A program made the translations under genes and the position numbers. Under the pieces are notes generated by a model. That model worked only from the letters and a program-made list of their open reading frames with translations. It was not told the origin of the DNA and did no database searches. Below are positions 26,633-39,100 of a stretch of 64,000 bases of DNA, piece by piece. This DNA is from Psammoneis japonica (taxonomy: Eukaryota). The stretch's first letter is position 1. Every line of letters starts with the position of its first letter. The stretch covers positions 62,001 through 126,000 of the forward strand of contig QPGO01000012.1 of the NCBI GenBank assembly GCA_008632985.1. The letters run 5' to 3'.

Positions 26633-27135
26633 CCTTTAGCACAGAGATTGGCAACACAAGAAACACAGGGACCGGTGACAAAAAATGAGAATGAAGAATG
26701 AATCCAAAATGCATGAGCCCTTGCGCTCTTGCACGCTTTCCCCGCGCTTTTTTGCGCACCCAAACCGCGCGTTGACCGACCTCACAGACCTCATCCCTCC
26801 GTCCGCTTGTCCGTCCGTCCCTCTTCATTGCGCATTGCATCGATCTCCCTCTCCTATTCATACCGGTACTGGTAGACTAGTAGGATAGAGCTGCCGTCCC
26901 TGCAGTAAGCCGTGCGAGAACGACTGTACAGCTACTGTTACTGCGTCTGAGGAACACTATAGAAGTGGAGAGAATGGAAGAGACAAAACCTAGAAAAGAA
27001 GAAGAGGCGAGATCAAGACAGGGAAAAGAACGACGAAGTCTTGATTGGAAGACATTCAGCTACAGCAGGTACTCCAGTTATCTAAATCTAGTGTTTCTCG
27101 TGCATCTATCGCACAAAACGATGCCCGAAAGTTTT

Positions 27136-27858
27136 TCAATCCAGCGTTGTCTCTGTTCTCCTCCTGCGCATTTCTTGATGACTAGAAGCAACCTCTTGAG
27201 AGTTTTCTTCCTCCTGCAATCCAGCATAAGAACCTTGTTGGCCATGTTCTGCAACATTCGCCGCCATGAGGAACTCTCTGCATTCCTCTCGTTGAGTGAT
27301 AATCTTTTCTTGCTTACATTCTAATTCATGAACATGTCTCCTCATGGATTCCACATTGGCCATGAGATCCTTTTGCGTTTCAATGACTTTTTCCAATGCC
27401 TCTTCATCCTTACACAACTTGGCCCACTTTGCACCATTCTGTGTTGTCGGTTCATGTGATTCTTTTTCAATATTCTCCTCATCTAAAAAATTCTCTTGCT
27501 CATGCTCGTTCAAGGCGTTTGTTTCGCCTGACAACTCTTGGCTGAGATTTTGCTTCTTGTCTAGTTTTATTAATTCATCTCGTTGGTGCTGTAGCGTGCG
27601 GCGATACGATTTGATTCGTAAGGATATAAACGTTTCTGACTTTTCAAACTTTTCTAGCTCATCTCGCGCTGCTTGCAAGGAAGCTGTGATTTGCTGCAGT
27701 TCATCCTCTTGTTCTTGCGCAGAAGGAGCTCCTGAAATAGACAGAGACGACTCGATTTCTTGTGCCAGAGAGGAACGCACGCTGGGATCTAGACCGGCTG
27801 TTTTCCTACTGACCCTGTCGCGGCGGCGATTCTGAATAGCAGATATGAACGATTTCAT
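27136..27858 (-). CDS. Hypothetical coiled-coil protein
   Basis: 240-aa E/K/Q/L-rich ORF with heptad-like pattern. Confidence 0.65.
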   Translation of the reverse strand: MKSFISAIQNRRRDRVSRKTAGLDPSVRSSLAQEIESSLSISGAPSAQEQEDELQQITASLQAARDELEKFEKSETFISLRIKSYRRTLQHQRDELIKLDKKQNLSQELSGETNALNEHEQENFLDEENIEKESHEPTTQNGAKWAKLCKDEEALEKVIETQKDLMANVESMRRHVHELECKQEKIITQREECREFLMAANVAEHGQQGSYAGLQEEENSQEVASSHQEMRRRRTETTLD

Positions 27859-28156
27859 TGTTAGAACTGACGCGATTGTTTTCTTTTGTCACTGTCCCTC
27901 TTCGTTCCGGAGCGGCGGACTGCAATTCTCGCCCGTCATTGTGCTTGGCCTTGTGCCAATCCCGGGCCACTCTCCATGAGGCGACCCGGGTGTGCGAAGC
28001 GCGCGCGGTGTACGGTCGACGCATAGATTCACGATGGAGAGTGATCCCGGGCGCGCCGTGACGTCATAAACTGCCTGGGTTCAACTCCCTCCATCCGTCC
28101 GTCACTCGGTATCCATAACTGCCTCCGATCGAAAATCGAAAACAGAGAGCTCAACC

Positions 28157-29614
28157 ATGATGACGAGAGCCGCCACCATTGGGCGGCGACTGACTCGTAA
28201 CCTGCTCCGCCAGCCTATTCGAGGTCAACTTCCTATCTTTTATCTTATTGGATCGCATTTTGTCATTCAACGCGGCCGTAGCAATGCGCTGAACTCAGTC
28301 GTTACTTCGAGGTGCTTTTCAACCGCAAATAAGAAAGATACAGACAACATTCTTGAGGGATACGATTTGACCAATCCAGAGTGCAATGTCACCTCCAACA
28401 TTGCATCTCGATTGGAACGAATCTTCACTTACAACCCAATCACCCGCTAAATACCATCAAGACGATCATTCAAGAACATTTCAACAAGGACCAAGAGTTT
28501 GTTTCGATTGACGACTTTTCTCCCATTGTTTCTTGCGAGGAAAATTTCGATTCACTGCGAATTCCACCCGACCATGTCAGTCGTTCAAAATCCGACACAT
28601 ACTACATTGATCAAAATACAGTGCTAAGGACACATACAAGTGCTCATCAAACTCAACTCTTGCGTGAAAAACATGATCGATTTCTCGTTACTGGTGATGT
28701 TTATCGAAGAGATGAAATTGATAGCTCTCATTATCCCGTATTCCATCAAATGGAGTAAGTATCACAGGGTTTTGGACTTGGAGTGTTTGAATGTTTCAAG
28801 TCATGTAACGTTTCTAATTTCTTGTAATTACGTGTTTTCAGGGGCGTCAAAATGTTTACAGAAAAAGAATTAGCAGATGCTGGGGCCTCCACTGAGCTCG
28901 ATCAGATCGCCTTGGTCGAACAAGATTTGAAGCAGAGCTTGGAAGGCATGGCTAGAGCACTCTTTGGCGATGTGGTATGTATGCAGAATCTACACAATCC
29001 TTTCTGTGTTGTCGTCGCTTACAGTTGCACTTTTTTGTCTGTAGGAAATGCGGTGGGTCGATGAGTATTTTCCCTTTACCGATCCATCGTTTGAGCTTGA
29101 AATTTTCTTCAAAGACGAATGGATGGAAGTCTTAGGCTGTGGGGTTGTTCATGAGTACATTTTGAAAAACTCAAACCGATCCGGTGAAAAAGGGTGGGCC
29201 TTTGGACTTGGGTTGGAAAGGCTAGCCATGGTACTCTTTTCGATACCCGACATTCGATTGTTTTGGTCGACGGATGAACGATTTCACAATCAATTCAATT
29301 CTTCCAAGGAAAGGATTATCACATTTCGACCTTATAGCAAGTATCCACCCTGCTTCAAGGATATTTCCTTTTGGATATGTCCAGAATTTCATCCCAATGA
29401 TTTGCACGAAATTGTGAGAACTGTGGCTGGTGATTTGGTGGAAAAGGTGGAACTGATTGATACTTTTCAGCATCCAAAGACACGACGGACCAGCAACTGT
29501 TTTCGTATCTCATATCGGTCCATGGATCGTTCGTTGACCAATGAAGAAATTGATGAGTTGCAAAACCAAGTTCGTGATATCACGGTGCAATCACTTGGCG
29601 TTGAACTCCGCTAG
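28157..29614 (+). CDS. Organellar monomeric phenylalanyl-tRNA synthetase (FARS2-type); 3 exons, apparent frameshift ~28410
   Basis: [67 protein letters not shown]-terminal FDX-ACB domain. Confidence 0.93.
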
Positions 29615-29691
29615 GATGAAAGTGTAGCAGTAGTCTACATTATCGTGACAATCTTTTTCTATTCCCGCAAAGATCTTGTTTGACTTCCATT

Positions 29692-31428
29692 CTATAACTT
29701 CATGGCTTCCATAATTCTATCCACGTCAAAACGAAAGTCCCCAAATTGCTCAGTTGGTTCACTTTGGGGGAGACTGTCCACCCACCGCCGAATACCCTCT
29801 GTATTCTTCCCTCCCTCGATACCTCTGTATCTCTTGCTGACACTTCCTCGCTTCGTAGTTTTTTCCGTCGTCTTGCTCTTTTCCTTTTGACTCTTGGCGG
29901 TTATTGCAGCATCTGTCATGAACACGTCCGATTCAGTCAAGTTCTCGGTGGATCCACCTTGTAACACGCTCAAGAGAGCTGCACCAGCGGCAGTTGCATC
30001 GATGGGTTGAACTTGCTTCTTCTTTTTCTTGCCTTTTTCAGCTTCTTTTGCCTTTGTCTTTTCTGCGGCCTCCTCCTTTAGAGCGTCCGCCACGACATCG
30101 CCCCAAGGAGTTTCACCGCCCTGAGAAAAGAAGGGCTGGAATCCAGACTCGTCGTCGTCCGCGGGAGCATCGTCACGGCGAAATAAAGGTTGGAGCTTAC
30201 TTTCCGTTGGCGCTGGCGCCAACTTTGTGACACCTGAATTCATGAAAGAGCCACCGACCACATGAAAAGCATGTGGGTCCAGCCCTCCATCAAACCCTTT
30301 CTCCGCAAACTGGTGAGGATTTCCATCATACGTGACTTTGCGTCCAGACAGCTGCTCATTAACCTTGAACATATCTTCTTCGGTCCATCCATCGACTTCA
30401 CCCGCCGACGCAAGGCCTGTCTCTGTGAGTGGGTCATCATGACGGACCTTACCACGGCTATTGTTGCGGCTTCGAGGCTTCTTGGCACTCCCACTCCGAC
30501 TAGTACTGCGTTTACGCCCAGGAGTATCACCGCCCTTTTTCTTCTTTCCTGGGGTTGCAGAACGCGTATTCTGTTTGATCCAGCGTCGTAACTGCTTCAT
30601 AAAGGGCAAAACGGCGAAGCTCTTCTTCGGCAACTTATCAAGCTCATGCCACTCCACAGCGGAAACCTCCTTGCGAGCTACAGGTGCAAAGGGGAAATCT
30701 TCCGGAACGCCTCGGCACACAAAACAAGTTCGGCGTTTACCAGAATCCTCCATAAAGACCAGACTATCCTGATCTTGGAGTGGTTTCCATGAAAGTGGCT
30801 TGCCCTCGTCCAGCAACTGCTTTGTCAAGCCCATAAGGCAATTAGGGTCAAAACCGGTCTCTTCATACGTTTCTCTGGCTGCCGCGTCAATTCCTCTCTC
30901 GTTCTGATTGATCTTCCCGGCAGGCATGGTCCAACTCTCCCCATTCCATACCTGGCAAAGAACAATCTTCTTGCAGGGCTTGTCTAGCAAAATAGCGCCA
31001 TACGTTGATATCTTGCGCTTATAAGCTGAAAATTCACCCCACATTCGATCAAAGTCTCCCTGCATCGGCTGCAGCAGGGGCGAGTAGTCAAACATTTTCA
31101 AAGCAAACGCCCTGACATTTTTAAAACGGGGCAAGGCGACTTTGCTACCATCACACCAAAAGTCATCGTAAAACCACCACGCTTGCTCGAGCTGAAAAAA
31201 GATACGGTCGCTCGTGCTGAGCTCCTCCGCGGGCAAGTTCAGGATGAAGCGTGTGTGGACGTCATCCAAGGCCTCTTCGTACGCGGCGTTGACTTCCTCT
31301 GCTGTCGCTCCACAAGTCACATCGGCACAGGATGACGCAGGGATAGTTCCCGTAGGAGGTGAGGATGGTGAGAACATGGTGGTGGTTGGGTAGAGACCGT
31401 TGGGAGGGCAATGGGGCTTTTGTAACAA
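29692..31428 (-). CDS. DCP2: mRNA decapping enzyme (Box A + Nudix); start codon uncertain
   Basis: LDDVHTRFILNLP, FQLEQAWWFYDDF, YKRKISTYGAILL, Nudix box GKINQNERGIDAAARETYEETG. Confidence 0.92.
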   Translation of the reverse strand: MLQKPHCPPNGLYPTTTMFSPSSPPTGTIPASSCADVTCGATAEEVNAAYEEALDDVHTRFILNLPAEELSTSDRIFFQLEQAWWFYDDFWCDGSKVALPRFKNVRAFALKMFDYSPLLQPMQGDFDRMWGEFSAYKRKISTYGAILLDKPCKKIVLCQVWNGESWTMPAGKINQNERGIDAAARETYEETGFDPNCLMGLTKQLLDEGKPLSWKPLQDQDSLVFMEDSGKRRTCFVCRGVPEDFPFAPVARKEVSAVEWHELDKLPKKSFAVLPFMKQLRRWIKQNTRSATPGKKKKGGDTPGRKRSTSRSGSAKKPRSRNNSRGKVRHDDPLTETGLASAGEVDGWTEEDMFKVNEQLSGRKVTYDGNPHQFAEKGFDGGLDPHAFHVVGGSFMNSGVTKLAPAPTESKLQPLFRRDDAPADDDESGFQPFFSQGGETPWGDVVADALKEEAAEKTKAKEAEKGKKKKKQVQPIDATAAGAALLSVLQGGSTENLTESDVFMTDAAITAKSQKEKSKTTEKTTKRGSVSKRYRGIEGGKNTEGIRRWVDSLPQSEPTEQFGDFRFDVDRIMEAMKL

Positions 31429-31598
31429 GCGTTTTGTCTCTCGTCAACAACATGACCTTGAACCTGCTGCTTGTGCCTTGTGCGTGCTTTGCTTGTTTCG
31501 ATGCATGAGACACCCCTGATCAGCACGCGAAAATCATGGTGCGTGCGTTAACCGTTACGACCGTTTTTTTTTAATTTGTGCAAAGCAAACGCCGGAGA

Positions 31599-32672
31599 TA
31601 CTACAAATGGAGTGGCGTACTTTCAAAAATTCGGTGCGCATACCTGATCTACACAAAATATACGTACGTAAAAATGTACTACAAAATTCTTAGAGATGTT
31701 TATTATTTGAATTCACTTCACACACAAACATCACGGCAACGACGCCGCGACTTCGGCAATGGACGCACACAACAACGACAGCGGACTGGGAGGTTATGAT
31801 GCACCGAGACAACAACTGATATGATAAGAAATGAGATATCAATGTCAAATGACAATGATCGAGTTGTTTTGGGAGCTGGTTGAGCCATTGGTGACGAAGG
31901 GTTTTTGGCACGTACAACTTGGTACTGAAATCACGTAGAGGTTTTGGCCGCGGTGGGACTGTTGTTTTTCACTTTTTTTGGGGTGTATTTTGTGTTTTCT
32001 CGGTCGATCGCATTGATGAAGCACTGAAGTGAGCACGCGACAACAGATTTTGACGAAAAGTTGGATTTTCATTCATTATGGAGGATTAGCACGGGGTTTT
32101 TAACACGGTGAAGCACGGGGGGACGATTTTTTCACCAGATTTGCAAGATCCTGTATCCCATCCAATTCGCATGCGTAATATTAGTGGATTGATGTATTTT
32201 TTATACGCAAGAAGCGCAATAACGTCGATATACCCGACATGATAGACTTCCCGTGCTGTTGTCGTAATGAAGTGAAATCTTGTTGTGTTCGGTGCGTAGA
32301 GTCTAGTACTATTTGTCCGTATGTAGACGAGTACTGCGCACCGCACTTTTGGAAAGTACGCCACTCCATTGCAAGACAATTGCGCGATTCACGTGCCCGA
32401 AGGTGGAATATCGTTGCCCGAAGCAACATTCTCCCTTCGCGCAGATGTCAATTCTACGTATGATGTGTGGTATCAAAATTTTCATTTTGGTCGTCTAAAT
32501 CGTCCCAGTCATTTCATCAAATGACCTTGTGGTACTCTCCTACGTGATCTACGCAAATCGGAGCTTCGGGCTGGCTGGTACATTTTCTACTGGCTCTACG
32601 TGCGCGAAGCTCGAATTTCAACAATCACCCTTCGGGCACGTGAATCGCGCAATTGTCTTGCAATTCGTAGTA
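31599..32672. mobile_element. Non-coding foldback/MITE-like element with abutting inverted-repeat pairs
   Basis: IR pair 31606-31650/32322-32370; perfect 36-bp IR 32368-32403/32629-32664; 10/12 outer TIR. Confidence 0.5.
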
Positions 32673-32689
32673 CTGTACATGGATGATAG

Positions 32690-33020
32690 ACCACGATTGA
32701 GAACAGAAAGAAGAAAAATGTGAGACCACACACAAGACAGCAGATGGCAAGTGTAGAAGAGATGCGATTGAGTTGGCGTTGTGCTCTTGCAAAAAAGAAA
32801 GGGGTGTGCGGGAAGAAGCGCGTGTGAGCGTCAAGCTTGCACACACCAAGTGCTCGCAAAAAGATGTGTTGCGGGAAACGAGAGTGGCGAAGAGATCAAC
32901 CGACAGCAACAATCTGGAGAAAAACAATTGAGAACTGAAAGAAGAAAGAGCCAACCCCACAAGACAGCAGGTGGCGCACGTGCAAAAGAGAGAGAGATGC
33001 ACGATCAAGTTGGGATGCTG
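32690..33020 (+). repeat. Dispersed repeat (two partial tandem copies); related copy at ~43900-44060
   Basis: Shared AACAATTGAGAACTGAAAGAAG and flanking GGAAAC(G/A)AGAGTGG(C/T)GAAGA. Confidence 0.75.
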
Positions 33021-33314
33021 CGCTCACAAAGAAGAGCATCGAGCAGGGGAGAAGCGCATCTTTAGCCGATCAACAATGTCCTCGGCCGGTGACGGTCGGC
33101 TTCAGTCATTACTCTCGCCAGTTATTTACAGTGAAGAAATGAGACATGAAACCGATGCTATCAGATCGCACAAACATTTCTATTCTAAAGCTGTGAGTGC
33201 ATGACACAACATGAATGCCAGAAGCACACTGATGCACGGAAGCGGCATCGTTTTTTCCGCTTTTTTCCTGGTGCATGCAGTGCATTGTGCATCCACAGAA
33301 TTACCGTACGCTAG

Positions 33315-34856
33315 CTAATAAAGGGCAGCAGCGCACATCATGATTACCCACATGAACATGCTGAGAGATGCAATGGGACATTGTTTCTTGCTGAAATTTC
33401 TATCCGCAGCATCAGATTCTGAATTGAGGCTATTGAACGATGCGTCTTGAGTTGGAACAGTGGTGGTAGGCGCCTCGGTTGCCGACGGTTTGTAGGTAGT
33501 CGGATCGATAGTGGTAGGTTTCTGGGAGAATGATGTTTCTTGAGTCGGAACAGTAGTGATGGGCTCTTCGGTTGTCGTCGGTTCAGGGGTCTTAGGATCG
33601 ACAGTGATAGGAGCAACACTACTAGTGGGGTTCTGGGATGTCGGATCGATAGTGGTAGGTTTCTGGGAGAATGATGTTTCTTGAGTCGGAACAGTAGTGA
33701 TAGGCTCTTCGGTTGTAGTCGGTTCAGGGGTCTTAGGATCGACAGTGATCGAAACAACACTAGTTGGGTTCTCGGATGTCGGATCGATAGTGGTAGGTTT
33801 TTGGGAGAATGATGTTTCTTGAGTCGGAACAGTAGTGATAGGCTCTTCGGTTGTCGTCGGTTCAGGGGTCTTAGGATCGACAGTGATAGGAGCAACACTA
33901 CTAGTGGGGTTCTGGGATGTCGGATAGGGAGTGGTTGGCGTTGGAGTAAAACTATTGCTCCAAATGCAGTTGCCGCTACAATCGCGACCAACGACCACGT
34001 TGGTGCTGCCGTCCAGAACGCCGCTACTATCGAGGGCACCTTGGCAATTGAAGGCGGTGCCGCCATCTTCGCAAATCTCACAGAAGCAGTATTGATCACC
34101 AATCTTCATCACACAAGAATGAAACATCAACGAAGGCTCCCAAGACGAGTAGGTCCAGTAGCATACATCCCTGCCAAGCACCGTCGGTCGGCACTTTTCG
34201 CACAATTCGACCGAGTTGGTCCAGACATATTCGTTGGGCGAAACCTCCACGTACATGTCATCTGGCCCATAACATTCTCGGTAACCTTCTTGCACAGGCA
34301 TGATTGCGTCGTAGAAATGTTCAGTGGGGTCGGGTGGATCTTGAAAGTAGGTACATCCCGCCTGCATATTGCAGATGCAATCATCGTTGGACAAGTCAGA
34401 ACAGGGCGTCGGAGTGCCGTCACAGAGCCCATCGAACCAGTAGTCTCCAGGAGTGAATTTGCAGCCCAAGATTGACTCACAGACTGACTTCTCGCCCCCC
34501 GAACAGAGAGCAGGAGCCGTCCCCATGCATTGTGCTGGGGATTTTGGAGCTCCCGTGCAAAAGAATCCCGTGGAAGACCATTCCTGATTGGGTCCAAAGG
34601 TGCAACCATCTTGCTTATGACATCCCAAGCTGTCATCCGAAAAGAAGTCACAGGGGGTAGGGTTTCCCTCGCAGCTACCATAATAAGTGTTGCTGGGGGT
34701 CGCTGGGAGCCAGATACATCCGTCGACAGCTTCACAGATAGATTTGACATGGCCACAGCACCCAGCTGGGTCTCCCGTACAAAGTGCATGTACCGAGACG
34801 GGTACCAAGTTAATACTCATCGTTAGCAGACAGATGAATTCTTTTGAAAAGATCAT
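33315..34856 (-). CDS. Secreted Cys-rich protein with Thr/Pro mucin-like stalk and probable GPI-anchor signal
   Basis: Signal peptide; duplicated Cys module; three 46-47-aa T/P repeats; hydrophobic C-terminus. Confidence 0.8.
   Translation of the reverse strand: MIFSKEFICLLTMSINLVPVSVHALCTGDPAGCCGHVKSICEAVDGCIWLPATPSNTYYGSCEGNPTPCDFFSDDSLGCHKQDGCTFGPNQEWSSTGFFCTGAPKSPAQCMGTAPALCSGGEKSVCESILGCKFTPGDYWFDGLCDGTPTPCSDLSNDDCICNMQAGCTYFQDPPDPTEHFYDAIMPVQEGYRECYGPDDMYVEVSPNEYVWTNSVELCEKCRPTVLGRDVCYWTYSSWEPSLMFHSCVMKIGDQYCFCEICEDGGTAFNCQGALDSSGVLDGSTNVVVGRDCSGNCIWSNSFTPTPTTPYPTSQNPTSSVAPITVDPKTPEPTTTEEPITTVPTQETSFSQKPTTIDPTSENPTSVVSITVDPKTPEPTTTEEPITTVPTQETSFSQKPTTIDPTSQNPTSSVAPITVDPKTPEPTTTEEPITTVPTQETSFSQKPTTIDPTTYKPSATEAPTTTVPTQDASFNSLNSESDAADRNFSKKQCPIASLSMFMWVIMMCAAALY
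33500..33925 (-). repeat. Three near-identical coding tandem repeats (~138-141 bp)
   Basis: ITVDPKTPEPTTTEEPITTVPTQETSFSQKPTTIDPT x3. Confidence 0.95.
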
Positions 34857-35954
34857 GGTTTTCCCATCAAAGAGGAGTGCATTTACTTTAGGTGTTCACT
34901 TGTCCGTTGATCGTGGTACAACTTTAAACCAGCACTTACTTGTCGTTTGAATGCTTAGAGACTGAGAAACGTAATGCAATTCACATTCCTTTCGAGGCGC
35001 ATTCTATTTTTTGCAGGATCAGATTTATCGTATGTGGGGGTAGTTTAGAGAGAAGGCTTCTCGTTCGTTGGTGAATTTGAGAACGGCGCGAACTTCGAGG
35101 AGATTCCTTGTGCGCGATGGAAAAATTCCATTTCAGCAGTCACGAATTCCTTCGATGACCCGCAGACACAAACATCCGCAATGAGAGCCCCGAGCGAGTT
35201 CCAATCCAGAAGAATGCCACTTGCGCAAGTGATGTCATGTCCCACACTTGAGTGGCATGCATCACGCCGAGCCATCCATCTCATTGCACTCTCACACCTG
35301 AGCATTGTGTGGCATGGGCTGAGAAGCACACACAGCAAGAAGAGAGCCAAGGTGTGCTGAGCTGGCTGAGAAGCACACGCTGAAAACATCTGCAGAGAGA
35401 CCAAAATGCAGCACAGGCATGGTTGGAATTTTTTCCTCATGTCAACTGAGCATTTCCCATGACATGGATGGCAGCCATTGGCACACAAGAGGTGTCCGCC
35501 TGGACACAAGAAGCACTGCACGTGCGCCAGAGCAGCGGCCCACTTGCAAAAACTCAGGCTTTGGTGTCACTGTTGGGCACAGCCAAAAAATGGACTTTGC
35601 TCCCAGACCAAATGTGCACAGTGGAAGTCATTGGACTTGATTTCCACATTTGGACAGGCAGCATGGGTGGCAGCACTGCATTTGGCGGCTCTGGTTGTCG
35701 GGCTGGCGCTGTTGTGCGCGGGCGTTCTTCATCACAGCTGCTCTGCCTCAAAGGTCAGGCACGCTGCACTTTGGCCTTTTTTGCCATTGGTGCCACCAGC
35801 ATGAGAGGACAATTTGAGCTCAGCTGACAATTTCAGTGACACACAAGCAGGCCAGCAACAAGTGCTCAGCAGCAACCTCTCAACGAAAATGGAGACAACA
35901 GCAACCACTGGACCCACAGCAGCAAGACAACAAAACCGGTTGATCTGGAGAAGC

Positions 35955-36124
35955 TTGCAGACTAGCAGTGTCGGGACAATCTAATGGACATCCAGGACAG
36001 ATGATAATCGTGTGCTAGATGAGAAAGAAAAGTGAGCAAAGGAGAGATCATCGGATCTCTCCATGCTGTCTGTGCCAGTCTGTCCGACACAAGGGAGTGT
36101 GCTCCCCATCTCGGATGTCTGTCA
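35955..36124 (-). repeat. 3' LTR
   Basis: Colinear with 42862-43031 (19 mismatches in 170 by my count); preceded on the minus strand by a polypurine tract. Confidence 0.95.
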
Positions 36125-36133
36125 CCCTCCCCT
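36125..36133 (-). other. Polypurine tract AGGGGAGGG
   Basis: Abuts the 3' LTR. Confidence 0.85.
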
Positions 36134-39100
36134 GATGAGCAATGCAATGCTCAACAAGAAAGAAAGAGACGATCCGAACAAAAAGAGAGGACCAGAGTGG
36201 CAAAGAACAAAACAAATAAAAAAGAGACACACCCAAGACTCAATCCACAACAAACCCGATGACAATCAACGGCAATGTCCCATCAAACGGTGGGCATGGC
36301 GGGAACGAAGCATCCAACCCACAGCCTTGGTCAGTGCATCAGCAGGGTCAATGACACCCGGGACATGTCAAGTGACAATCTTGCCTGCGTCATGCCAGTC
36401 TTGGATGGCAAAATGTTGAGTGTCAATGTGGCGGGATCGCTCCGCAGGCACCTTGTCATTGATCATCTGGATGGCAGAGGAGCCATCAATGTGCGAGGGA
36501 GTGGGGTCACGTTGAGGAAAGCCCAATTCTTCCAGAATCATGCGGAGGTGCAGGGTCTGTTTCGCTCCAGCAACAGCTGCGAGGAACTCAGCTTCTGTGG
36601 AACTGGCAGCAGCAATTGTCTGCGTGCGGCAACGACGATCAATTGCATCACTGGCAAGGACATGCGCGTGTCCAGCAGTGGAACGGCGACGCCACAGTTC
36701 ATTGGCATGTGCCGCATCAATGAAACCAAGAAGTTGGAAAAGGTCATCAGCACGAGGGAAGTCTGGGAGAGATGGGTCATCCTCAAGCCATTCGAAATCG
36801 CGAGGAGGCAGACCGGGATCGCGCTTGGACTTCTTGTGCGTCAGTCCCCAATGTTTGGTGCACCGCAAATGCTTGGCCACATGCTTGAGTGAATCACAAT
36901 GAAGCTCAGCCGGGGCCTTGGAAAACTTGGACAAGGTGACAATGGGATGGCCAATGTCCAAATGACAGCAGGAGCAGGCAAAGACCAACTCACCCAGAAG
37001 AGAATGGCAAGAGAAACCCTGGGACTCAGCGAGAGTGTCACACTCAGGAGCACCCTCTTCAGGACCTTCAGCAGCACACAGATCAGGGACACAATCAACC
37101 AAAATAGGTGCAGCCTTGAAGTCAGAGTCAGATTCATTTGCAGTGGGAGCATCCCAACCATGGGTCTTGAAAACACGATCAAGGCAGCTGGCAACGTTGA
37201 CAGCAATTGAATCGTCATTTTGAATGACATCCTCACCATTGAATTCAGTGACCAAGCCCAAACACTTGAAGGGAGGAGCATCCTCATTCTCCATCTGGAG
37301 AGCCTTGCCAATGTGGTCACAGATCTCTTTTGCAATCTTTTTGGAGGGACAAGCAAGAGCAAAATCATCGACCTGTCAAAGGAGAAGGACCTTGACACCA
37401 TCATGTTCACCAGAATGGATGCACTTGTCATGAGCAGTGTTGCGGAAAAGAAGTTTCGCACCCGTTGGAATCGAATTGATGTGCTTTTCCCAAAGGACAC
37501 CAGCTTCAGGGTGACCTTGAAGAGCACGCTTGAGTGGGAGAACACAGTGGCGGGGCACTTTCTTGCCAAATCTCTTTTCACACCATGCAGCATGTGCATC
37601 ATCAACAGCAACAAAAACCGGCTGTGAAGGACCAGGAGAATGAGCGCAGGCATCTCAAGCATCACCACCAAAGACACGATGCAACACAGCTGCACTGAGA
37701 GCAAAAAACATCTTTTTGATGGAGCGTTCCACACACGACGAATGGGTGGAAGTCAACTTGTGCAAGGCCGGCATTGCTGACTTGGAACCATCACCACATT
37801 GCCGAGAACAAAGTTGTCCATCTGGCTTTGCCATGCAATCCCAATGTGGCCGCATGACGTTCACACCAGGGGGACATGGTTGTGGAGGACCATGCATGCC
37901 AAGGGCACAAAATTGATCCAATTGATGCTGCTCGCCTTCTTCCCATTCAGGCCATGTGTCAAGTTTACAAAGCTTGGCACGGGTGAGGCGGTAAAGAGCA
38001 GCTTCCTCCGGAGTGAGAGAGCAGGAGCTAATCGCATTGAGGTGTGCATGGAATGCGTCCACAGGGATGGCCTCATCCGAAAAATCATCATCAGGACAGA
38101 GAAGGGTCACAACAGATCGCACATCTTCCAAAGTGAGTTCGGGAACATGGGAGTCATCCTCCATGGAGTCAGGTTCAAATGACTCCGCTTCCTCAAATGC
38201 CTTGTTAAGGGTGCGGGAATCCAATCGTCGTTCCGGTGCAAAAGCAATCTCAAAGGTCGGGATTTCATCATGAAAGACCTGAGACAAGGCCTCTTCAGCA
38301 TCCGATGGGGTAAAAACTTCACGCTTGTTGACAGAGACAATGCATGCACCCACAATCTTGTTGCAAGCAGCATGGAGGGAAGAGAATGAGGATGCCGCAG
38401 GACTGTGCTGCTTGATTTCCAACACATGGACATGGTCCATTGGTGCACACTGGGAAAATCCAAAACCACAGGTGGGGTCCTTTGGGGGGCGTTTCATGGT
38501 GCATGCAACAGTCGTTGCAAAAGGATTCAATGAAGAGGCAAACACAGGAACAGTGGTGTCCTGTGTTTCAGCTGGAAAAGGCTGACCATTTTCCGCACGC
38601 TGCAAACGGATGGCATTGGGAGGAAGTTGATCCAAAAATGGATCATTCATGCCTTCATTGCAGTGCACATGTTTGGCCGTCTTGACTTTGTCAGTCTCAG
38701 GATCCCACCACATGACATTCTTCAGGGTGTTTGGAAGGCAACCAAGGAATGCGCCCTTTTTGGAATTGGTCCGGAAGGTGGCAGAACGAGCAGTGGACCG
38801 TTTGGACCACACTCGACATCCGAAAGTCTTGAGAGCAGCAAAATCTTCGACCTTTCCGGTGGCAAGAGTGATGGGTGCCGCATCTTGATCTTTCGCAGGA
38901 GTGGCATTCTTGATGCGGAGGTGATGGTAAAATGCACAGGGCCAGAATCGAAACAGAAGGTTGGCGCCAATTAAAATTGCACGAATCGCGTTTTCAACGG
39001 TTGAATGTGAGCATTCAACAGGTCCACATTGGTTGGATGCGCCAGCGCCAGAAGGACAGATGTCACACTGGAATTCTCATTCAAAGAGGTCACGAACTTT

